The position numbers and the translations under genes were made by a program. DNA of 64,000 nucleotides, from NCBI GenBank assembly GCA_964057225.1, contig OZ059896.1, positions 6,014,001 to 6,078,000 on the forward strand, given 5' to 3'. The notes beneath the pieces are model-generated. The model did not search any database and had not been told where the DNA came from. It worked only from the letters and a program-made list of their open reading frames with translations. Numbering within the stretch: position 1 is the first letter of the stretch; each line of letters begins with the position of its first letter. The DNA comes from Auanema rhodensis (Eukaryota; Animalia; Nematoda). Shown piece by piece: positions 31,409 through 39,500 of this stretch.

Positions 31409-31844
31409 TTTCGCACACTACATTTTCGACTCACACTACATTTTCGACTCACACTACATTTTCGACTCACACTACATTTTCGACTCACACTACATTTTCG
31501 ACTCACACTACATTTTCGACACACTACATTTTCGACTCACACTACATTTTCGACTCACACTACATTTTCGACTCACACTACATTTTCGACACACACTACA
31601 TTTTCGACTCACACTACATTTTCGACTCACACTACATTTTCGACACACACTACATTTTCGACTCACACTACATTTTCGACTCACACTACATTTTCGACTC
31701 ACACTACATTTTCGACTCACACTACATTTTCGACTCACACTACATTTTCGACTCACACTACATTTTCGACTCACACTACATTTTCGACTCACACTACATT
31801 TTCGACTCACACTACATTTTCGACTCACACTACATTTTCGACTC
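31406..31844 (+). repeat. 18-bp tandem repeat (CATTTTCGACTCACACTA), 24 units plus one partial, at the 5' end of the LINE
   Basis: The first unit is 15 nt (31406-31420) and one unit is 16 nt (31511). Two units carry a T>A variant (31581, 31635). The last, partial unit CATTTTCGACTC (31833-31844) runs into unique 5' UTR sequence. Confidence 0.97.
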
Positions 31845-31931
31845 CTCGTGGTCGGTTGTCTCCCTACTGCTCCAACCCCGCCGCAACCGAAGTCTACTCT
31901 TGTTTTACGCCGGATTGGTTTTAGTAAGGTA

Positions 31932-32130
31932 CTTTTTTCTTCTTTTTTCTTTTTCTTTTTTTCCGTATTCATTTATTTCCTTTTTCTTTTTTTCTTTCAT
32001 TTTTCTCTCTCTTCTCTTTCTTTTCTTTTTCATATCCTCTCTATATCTTCTTTTTTCCTTTCTTTCTTCTTTTTATTTTTCTTCTTTTTATCATTTCCTT
32101 TATCTTTATTTTTTCTTTCCTTACTTTTTA
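31932..32130 (+). other. Pyrimidine-rich low-complexity tract in the LINE 5' UTR
   Basis: About 200 nt of almost pure T/C with scattered A and essentially one G, directly upstream of the ORF1 ATG. Confidence 0.85.
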
Positions 32131-32142
32131 CGCTCTGTCATT

Positions 32143-33222
32143 ATGTCTACAGTCACTCCCGAGTTTCTTACTGCTTCTCTGAAATCTCTCACGGAATCTC
32201 TTCATTCCACTTTCTCAAGTTTTTCTCTAGAAATCAAAAGCGACCTGCATAGTATCAAAAACTGTATCGCATTGCATGAATCTCGTTTGAAAGTAATTGA
32301 AACTGAGTTCAACTCAAGACTCAACGCTTTAGAAAATAAGTTCACTGCTTTCATGGGTAACGAAAGTGCTTGCATATTGCCTACACTTCCGTGTTCAAAT
32401 ACTGTTATAACTGAAGTGAATAAAATTAGGTTAGAAGAATCTAAATTTGCTCACCGTTCCTTGAGAGCTCTCTGGTTCCGGGTTCCAGTCACGTCACCTG
32501 ATCTGCCTAGCGATGCCCGTTCTCTTCTCAAACTTGTTTTTGATAGCTGCAGTGATACTAGTCTTATTTCTTTACTCAATTCCAATCACATATTCGTTAC
32601 TCGCTGCACCCTCAAATCAGGGTCCCCTGGTCCACTTATCATAACGTGTCCTTCGGTCAGTATTCGAGATACTGTTATAGCAGCTATAAGATCTCACAAA
32701 CCTAAAATTTCCAACTCACTATCCAAAACATTTGTTCGTCGTGATTATCTACCCTTTGAGGTGGAACTAGAAAAACGGCTTCGTGACGAAGCCAAAAGCA
32801 AAAACTCTGACGACACTGAATTCATTTTTCTTGTTCGAGATCTAAAGCTTATAAAAGTACCTCGTAGACTCACCAACACAGGCACTGCCCCAAAAGACAC
32901 ATCCAGTGCTAAATATGTTGTTTCCCCTACAGGCTTGGACTCTGAAACTACCAATTCATGCATTGCTCCAATGTCTGACATGCCTATTTTTACGCATGAC
33001 CTTGATTCTAGTCCCCCGTCTAAATCTGGTAGAAGAGGCCGGCCTATAACTAAGGGACAGCCCGCTCCAATAAACAAAGAAAGATGTAGCAGCCAAAGAA
33101 GAAGAAAAAACCCTTCTCGCCGAGCTAAATCTGTTCCAGATCCTACTGCTAACATTGTTAGAAATACATCTACTTTGCCTAATTCCCCGTCCAATCTGCC
33201 CAGCCAAACATCCTTTCGTTAA
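32143..33222 (+). CDS. LINE ORF1 protein (359 aa): N-terminal coiled coil, central putative RNA-binding region, basic/Ser-Pro-rich tail
   Basis: The first ATG of the 31900..33222 ORF is at 32143 (MSTVTPEFL…). It has a heptad-like segment (LHSIKNCIALHESRLKVIETEFNSRLNALENKF) and the segment FVRRDYLPFEVELEKRLRDEAK…FLVRDLKL, which resembles invertebrate CR1-group ORF1 C-terminal domains. It lies just upstream of ORF2. Confidence 0.85.
   Translation: MSTVTPEFLTASLKSLTESLHSTFSSFSLEIKSDLHSIKNCIALHESRLKVIETEFNSRLNALENKFTAFMGNESACILPTLPCSNTVITEVNKIRLEESKFAHRSLRALWFRVPVTSPDLPSDARSLLKLVFDSCSDTSLISLLNSNHIFVTRCTLKSGSPGPLIITCPSVSIRDTVIAAIRSHKPKISNSLSKTFVRRDYLPFEVELEKRLRDEAKSKNSDDTEFIFLVRDLKLIKVPRRLTNTGTAPKDTSSAKYVVSPTGLDSETTNSCIAPMSDMPIFTHDLDSSPPSKSGRRGRPITKGQPAPINKERCSSQRRRKNPSRRAKSVPDPTANIVRNTSTLPNSPSNLPSQTSFR
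33211..33222 (+). promoter_or_regulatory. Candidate +1 programmed ribosomal frameshift site UCC_UUU_CGU_UAA
   Basis: These are the last ORF1 codons: TCC(33211) TTT CGT TAA. A +1 slip from UUU to UUC enters the ORF2 frame (TTC GTT AAT TTC CAA = FVNFQ). It is an exact match to the PA-X/ASXL1 motif. Confidence 0.6.
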
Positions 33223-34168
33223 TTTCCAATCAACAATCTCTACTGCTGCATGTAGTAAAATTACAGTCTCTTGTTATAACGCACGATCTATTGTCAATAA
33301 ATTACACTTAATACCAATTGTTCATTCGACTCTCAGTCCAGACATTATTGCTATATCTGAGACCTGGCTGTTTCCTGATTTCAACTCTAGCTCCCTTCCT
33401 TTGAGAGATTCTTACTGCATTTTCCGTGATGACAGATCAACTTCTCGAGGAGGAGGAGTCCTCCTCTATATTAAAAAACACATTAATAGTCGTCTTCTCT
33501 CATGCTCTCCTTCTCAATCAACTGTTCAATACCTCAATGTTCTCATTATACCTTCTGACGTCGTTTTCTCAATCTGCTATCGTTCTCCATCATCTCAGCA
33601 CTCTGACTTTCTTTTTTTTCTAACCGAATTTCAAACTCTTATCTCGAACCGCAGGTTTTTCTTAACAGGCGATCTTAATTTCCCTCACATTGACTGGGAT
33701 CTCATCCATTCGTCAAGCAGTTCCCCCTCTACTTCATCTATTCTCAACTTTCTTCAACAGTCTTCATCCAGTCAATTAGTTACTTTCCCAACCAGAGGTA
33801 AAAACATCTTGGATTACATTATCACCAACAGTGTTCACTGTGTAGAGAACATTTCTCGCAATAGCCCTCTTGGCCAATCTGATCATTACTCGGTTTTCTT
33901 TAACATTATTTTGGATCCTCTCACATTTGCTCAAATCAACAAAGTTGCTACTTCCAGGCCCTCTTCTCTCTCTTCCTCTTTTTCTAGTCGTAACTTTTTC
34001 TCGGCCGATTATGGTAAAATAAATAGCCTTTTAGCTGGCATTGACTTCGCTACTGAATTATGTGGTCTAAACGCTATAACTTCCTATTCTAAGTTTATTG
34101 CAATTGTCCAATCAATAATTCAAAGCTGTGTCCCATTCAAAAAGGCAAAGAAAAGAAAAAAAACTTGA
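33218..34168 (+). CDS. LINE ORF2, N-terminal part: apurinic-type (APE/EEP) endonuclease; no ATG; ends at a frameshift in an A8 run
   Basis: Motifs CYNARS, DIIAISETWL, RGGGVLLYIK, TGDLNFPHIDW, PTRGKNILDYI and SDH are present. The frame is open from 33074 to the TGA at 34166. The start given is the first codon after the predicted +1 shift. Confidence 0.93.
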   Translation, partial: VNFQSTISTAACSKITVSCYNARSIVNKLHLIPIVHSTLSPDIIAISETWLFPDFNSSSLPLRDSYCIFRDDRSTSRGGGVLLYIKKHINSRLLSCSPSQSTVQYLNVLIIPSDVVFSICYRSPSSQHSDFLFFLTEFQTLISNRRFFLTGDLNFPHIDWDLIHSSSSSPSTSSILNFLQQSSSSQLVTFPTRGKNILDYIITNSVHCVENISRNSPLGQSDHYSVFFNIILDPLTFAQINKVATSRPSSLSSSFSSRNFFSADYGKINSLLAGIDFATELCGLNAITSYSKFIAIVQSIIQSCVPFKKAKKRKKT

Positions 34169-36035
34169 TCGTGACATTCAGAAACTTAACAATCGTGTTA
34201 ACCGGTTAAGCAACTCTCTTTTCGCTCAGGATGAGCTTCTTCGCAAAAAGCTATCTGTCACCTTAGATAAACTCATCAAACTCAAATCTGCCATTGATGA
34301 AAACAACATAGCTTCTACCAACAATTCAAAAGCATTTTTTCAATTCTGTCGCGAACGACTTGGTAAAGACTCTTCTGATATCCCTACTCTACAAATCAAC
34401 GAAACTTTGGTTTTCTCTGACGTAGACAAAGCTGAAATTTTTTCCTCCGTCTTTGCTGTCAAACCCTCTTCATCTTCCACTTACTCTCATCTTCTCAATT
34501 ACTCTCCATCAGTCATTGACTTCATCGACATCTCCCCTGAAAAGGTTTTCAACATTCTTTCTCACCTTCCTTCGCGCGCATCTACTTCTCCGGATGGAAT
34601 TCCGTACTACTTTCTCAAACAATGTGCAGGCACCCTCTGCAATCCTCTCTCGTTTATTTTTCATAACCTCCTTGTTTCTTCTTCTTGTCCTCCTGACTGG
34701 AAAACAGCTTGGATACGTCCGGTTTTCAAGAAAGGCAACCCTTCTGATCCTTCTAATTACCGTCCAATCTCACTAACCCCAAGTTTATCTAAAGTCTTTG
34801 AACGACTTATTCGATCTCCCCTTCTTCATTTTGGTGTATCCTCGGGCAGCATTTCCAATGTTCAGCACGCTTTTCTTCCTAAACGCAGCACTGTAACAGC
34901 CCTTGTTTCCAGCCATATCAAATGGAGATCACTTATTGATGATAAAAATACAGTTTTTGTTGCGTTTATTGATTTCTCAAAAGCATTCGATCTCATTGAT
35001 CACTCCATTCTCTTTGCAAAATTGAAATCTATTGGAATTCGTGGGTCTCTTCTTAATTTTCTTGGATCTTTTATCCAAAACCGTTCTTACTCTGTACTCA
35101 TCAACAAAAGTCTATCCGACCCTGTTAGTCTTACATGTGGGGTTCCTCAAGGAACGGTTCTTGGCCCTCTACTGTTTCTGTTTTACATAAACGACATAAC
35201 TTCCTTATTCACATCCGATGTTCATCCCATTTTATATGCTGATGATCTAAAACTTCATAGTTGTAACCCTGAGAGCCTTCAAAATGCTCTTAATTCTCTT
35301 TACAAATGGTGTCATGATAACAAAATGAAAGTCAACACCGAAAAATCTAAAGTAATGATTGTCTCTAACAAATCATCTAATTATCACAACATTAATAATT
35401 TCACTTTTGGCGATTCATCTCTCTCTATAGTATCTGCATACAAAGATCTGGGTATTTGGACGGAAAATAACTTGTCTTTCGAAAAACACATTAATTCAAT
35501 TTGTAGTATTGCGGCCGTCAAATGCCGAACTATTCTCCGTTGTTTCTACTCTAAATGTCCTAAATTATTGTTCAAACTTTTCAGCTGTTACGTCCGACCC
35601 ATACTTGAATATGGATCAGTTATCTGGTCACCACAGAACATTGCAGGCAAACAACGAATAGAAAAAGTTCAGAAAAAGTTTTTTAAAGCAATCTTTGGCC
35701 GAGCCGGTCTTGACCTAACTTACAAAGATCAGCTATCTTATCTTGAAACTGAAGATCTGATAACTAGGAGGGTTCTTTCTGATCTATTGTTCTATTTTGC
35801 TCATATAACAATAGAAGCCACAGGAAACTCACAATCTTTTTTCATTATCAAGAATCTGAATTCTCTGCGCAGACACCAATGGAATCTAGCTCATCCTACT
35901 CTATGGAGGACAGAAACAAGGAATGGAATTGAATACAGAACTGTAAATCTATGGAACTCTCTTCCTGAAGCCATAGTCAGCCTTCGTACAAAACATTCTT
36001 TCCGGAAACATATCTTGTCTCATATTTTATCGTGA
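34164..36035 (+). CDS. LINE ORF2, C-terminal part: reverse transcriptase and CR1-type C-terminal domain
   Basis: Motifs PDGIP, PVFKKG, NYRPISLT, QHAF, FIDFSKAFD, GVPQGTVLGPLLF, YADD (35235-35246) and KDLGI are present. It joins the endonuclease frame if one A is removed from 34156-34163. Confidence 0.96.
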   Translation, partial: LDRDIQKLNNRVNRLSNSLFAQDELLRKKLSVTLDKLIKLKSAIDENNIASTNNSKAFFQFCRERLGKDSSDIPTLQINETLVFSDVDKAEIFSSVFAVKPSSSSTYSHLLNYSPSVIDFIDISPEKVFNILSHLPSRASTSPDGIPYYFLKQCAGTLCNPLSFIFHNLLVSSSCPPDWKTAWIRPVFKKGNPSDPSNYRPISLTPSLSKVFERLIRSPLLHFGVSSGSISNVQHAFLPKRSTVTALVSSHIKWRSLIDDKNTVFVAFIDFSKAFDLIDHSILFAKLKSIGIRGSLLNFLGSFIQNRSYSVLINKSLSDPVSLTCGVPQGTVLGPLLFLFYINDITSLFTSDVHPILYADDLKLHSCNPESLQNALNSLYKWCHDNKMKVNTEKSKVMIVSNKSSNYHNINNFTFGDSSLSIVSAYKDLGIWTENNLSFEKHINSICSIAAVKCRTILRCFYSKCPKLLFKLFSCYVRPILEYGSVIWSPQNIAGKQRIEKVQKKFFKAIFGRAGLDLTYKDQLSYLETEDLITRRVLSDLLFYFAHITIEATGNSQSFFIIKNLNSLRRHQWNLAHPTLWRTETRNGIEYRTVNLWNSLPEAIVSLRTKHSFRKHILSHILS

Positions 36036-36528
36036 CCATTATTTTTTTTTTTTTTTAATCTGTATCATCGTTTTCTTTTCAATTAACATACAAGGTTCTT
36101 TTCTTACTTTTTTTTTCTGCCAGACTGCTACTGTCATCTATACTGTATCAACATCAGTCGTAGCAATGAGTAACAGTTTTTCTCTTTGCTATTAGAACGG
36201 GCTTGACTCATTTCTGAGTTCCACCGCACCTGATCAGCTATATTTAAAGAGTCAGTTCATCAAACTTTGCTGAACATAATCTGTTTTTGTTTTCACAAAC
36301 TGCTGAGAAATAGTAATAGAATCTCATATGCTTCAATATCGTTTTGTTATATTTCTTGTATTCTAGTCTATTCTATTATACAACTATTTACCACTTTCAT
36401 CCTTTTTCTAATTTTTCTGATTGTAATTTTTAATTTACTTTCCCCAGTTCATATTGTAAGATGCTTTTTCGCAGTATACCTACGTTCACAATAAGCTTTT
36501 GATTATCAAGAATCTGTGATATAGAACG

Positions 36529-36553
36529 AATAAATAAATAAATAAATAAATAA
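36529..36553 (+). repeat. (AATA)6 / (TAAA)n 3' tail of the LINE
   Basis: …GAACG AATAAATAAATAAATAAATAAATAA runs directly into satellite TAATTTATGC. Short tandem-repeat tails are typical of CR1/L2-group elements. Confidence 0.92.
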
Positions 36554-39500
36554 TTTATGCTAATTAAATGTACATGTGATGTGCACCTGGTATGTAACTC
36601 GCTTCACGTGAAAGATAAAAAGATAAGGTTTTCAAAATTAGATTCCCCATGTCCATATTAGTCTAAAAACGAATTTTTATTCATATTGGTGCTTGGTAAC
36701 CATGACTTTGAAATTTACGTGAACTTTAATTTATGATAATTAAATATAAACGTGATGTGCACTTGGTATGTAACTCCCTTCACGTGGAAAATAAAGAGAT
36801 GCGGTTTTCAAAATTAGATTCCCCATGTCCATATTAGTCTAAAAACAAATTTTTATTGATATTGGTGCATGGTAACCATGACTTTGAAATTTACGTGTAC
36901 TTTAATTTATGCTAATTAAATGTACACGTGATGTGCACTTGGTATGTAACTCGCTTCACGTGAAAGATAAAGAGATGCGGTTTTCAAAATTAGATTCCCC
37001 ATTTCCATATTAGTCTAAAAACAAATTTTTATTGATATTGGTGCATGGTAACCATGACTTTGAAATTTACGTGAACTTTAATTTATGCTAATTAAATGTA
37101 CACGTGATGTGCACTTGGTATGTAACTTGCTTCACGTGAAAGATAAAGAGATGCGGTTTTCAAAATTAGATTCCCCATGTCCATATTAGTCTAAAAACAA
37201 ATTTTTATTGATATTGGTGCATGGTAACCATGACTTTGAAATTTACGTGTACTTTAATTTATGCTAATTAAATGTACACGTGATGTGCACTTGGTATGTA
37301 ACTCGCTTCACGTGAAAGATAAAGAGATGCGGTTTTCAAAATTAGATTCCCCATTTCCATATTAGTCTAAAAACAAATTTTTATTGATATTGGTGCATGG
37401 TAACCATGACTTTGAATATTACGTGAACTTTAATTTATGATAATTAAATGTACACGTGATGTGCACTTGGTATGTAACTTGCTTCACGTGAAAGATAAAG
37501 AGATGCGGTTTTCAAAATTAGATTCCCCATTTCCATATTAGTCTAAAAACAAATTTTTATTGATATTGGTGCATGGTAACCATGACTTTGAAATTTACGT
37601 GAACTTTAATTTATGCTAATTAAATGTACACGTGATGTGCACTTGGTATGTAACTTGCTTCACGTGAAAGATAAAGAGATGCGGTTTTCAAAATTAGATT
37701 CCCCATGTCCATATTAGTCTAAAAACAAATTTTTATTGATATTGGTGCATGGTAACCATGACTTTGAAATTTACGTGAACTTTAATTTATGCTAATTAAA
37801 TGTACACTTGATGTGCACTTGATATGTAACTCGCTTCACGTGAAAGATAAAAAGATGCGGTTTTCAAAATTAGATTCCCCATGTCCATATTAGTCTAAAA
37901 ACAAATTTTAATTCATATTGGTGCATGGTAACCATGACTTTGAAATTTACGTGAACTTTAATTTATGCTAATTAAATGTACATGTGATGTGCACCTGGTA
38001 TGTAACTCGCTTCACGTGAAAGATAAAAAGATGCGGTTTTCAAAATTAGATTCCCCATGTCCATATTACTCTAAAAACAAATTTTTATTCATATTGGTGC
38101 ATGGTAACCATGACTTTGAAATTTACGTGAACTTTAATTTATGATAATTAAATATAAACGTGATGTGCACTTGGTATGTAACTCGCTTCACGTGGAAAAT
38201 AAAGAGATGCGGTTTTCAAAATTAGATTCCCCATGTCCATATTAGTCTAAAAACAAATTTTTATTGATATTGGTGCATGGTAACCATGACTTTGAAATTT
38301 ACGTGTACTTTAATTTATGCTAATTAAATGTACACGTGATGTGCACTTGGTATGTAACTCGCTTCACGTGAAAGATAAAGAGATGCGGTTTTCAAAATTA
38401 GATTCCCCATTTCCATATTAGTCTAAAAACAAATTTTTATTGATATTGGTGCATGGTAACCATGACTTTGAAATTTACGTGAACTTTAATTTATGCTAAT
38501 TAAATGTACACGTGATGTGCACTTGGTATGTAACTTGCTTCACGTGAAAGATAAAGAGATGCGGTTTTCAAAATTAGATTCCCCATGTCCATATTAGTCT
38601 AAAAACAAATTTTTATTGATATTGGTGCATGGTAACCATGACTTTGAAATTTACGTGAACTTTAATTTATGCTAATTAAATGTACACTTGATGTGCACTT
38701 GATATGTAACTCGCTTCACGTGAAAGATAAAAAGATGCGGTTTTCAAAATTAGATTCCCCATGTCCATATTAGTCTAAAAACAAATTTTAATTCATATTG
38801 GTGCATGGTAACCATGACTTTGAAATTAACGTGAACTTTAATTTATGCTAATTAAATGTACATGTGATGTGCACCTGGTATGTAACTCGCTTCACGTGAA
38901 AGATAAAAAGATGCGGTTATCAAAATTAGATTCCCCATATCCATATTAGTCTAAAAACAAATTTTTATTCATATTGGTGCATGGTAACCATGACTTTGAA
39001 ATTTACGTGAACTTTAATTTATGCTAATTAAATATACACGTGATGTGCACTTGGTATGTAACTCGCTTCACGTGAAAGATAAAGAGATGCGGTTTTCAAA
39101 ATTAGATTCCCCATGTCCATATTAGTCTAAAAACGAATTTTTATTGATATTAGTGCATGGTAACCATGACTTTGAAATTTACGTGAACTTTAATTTATGC
39201 TAATTAAATGTACACGTGATGTGCCCTTGGTATGTAACTCGCTTTACGTGAAAGATAAAGAGATGCGGTTTTCAAAATTAGATTCCCCATGTCCATATTA
39301 GTCTAAAAACAAATTTTTATTGATATTGGTGCATGGTAACCATGACTTTGAAATTTACGTGAACTTTAATTTATGCTAATTAAATGTACACTTGATGTGC
39401 ACTTGATATGTAACTCGCTTCACGTGAAAGATAAAAAGATGCGGTTTTCAAAATTAGATTCCCCATGTCCATATTAGTCTAAAAACAAATTTTAATTCAT

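Larger units (their letters stand above)
31406..36553 (+). mobile_element. Full-length non-LTR retrotransposon (LINE), CR1 group (CR1/L2/Daphne-like), APE+RT type
   Basis: ORF1 is followed by an ORF2 with APE endonuclease and RT motifs. The C-terminal motifs YVRPILEYGSVIWSP and NLWNSLP are typical of CR1-group ORF2, with no RNase H or CCHC. There is a simple-repeat 3' tail and no LTRs. The exact clade needs an RT phylogeny. Confidence 0.95.

Noticed and set aside
31406-31844. CRISPR-array or telomere interpretation of the 18-bp repeat
   Set aside because: There are no spacers or cas genes. The array is interstitial, attached to the LINE, and unlike a G-rich telomeric unit I recognise.
31394-31972. 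ORFs with HFRLTL/TTFSTH/RKCSVS repeats on both strands
   Set aside because: They are translations of the 18-bp repeat, which is divisible by 3 and stop-free in some frames. There is no coding evidence.
31848-32252. Phe-rich ORF and the N-terminal 81-aa extension of ORF1
   Set aside because: These are artefacts of the T/C tract with non-ATG starts. The ATG at 32143 is the credible ORF1 start.
33105-33128. Canonical -1 slippery heptamer A_AAA_AAC in ORF1
   Set aside because: A -1 shift meets TAA at 33126 after five codons and does not reach ORF2, which is in the +1 frame.
36120-36310. Hammerhead ribozyme in the 3' UTR
   Set aside because: I found no complete CUGAnGA…GAAA core with proper stems on either strand by eye.
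32745-36494. Antisense/nested small ORFs (32745-33194, 32956-33207, 33426-33623, 34453-34776, 36267-36494)
   Set aside because: They are shadow ORFs of the main frames or of the AT-rich UTR, with no recognisable motifs.
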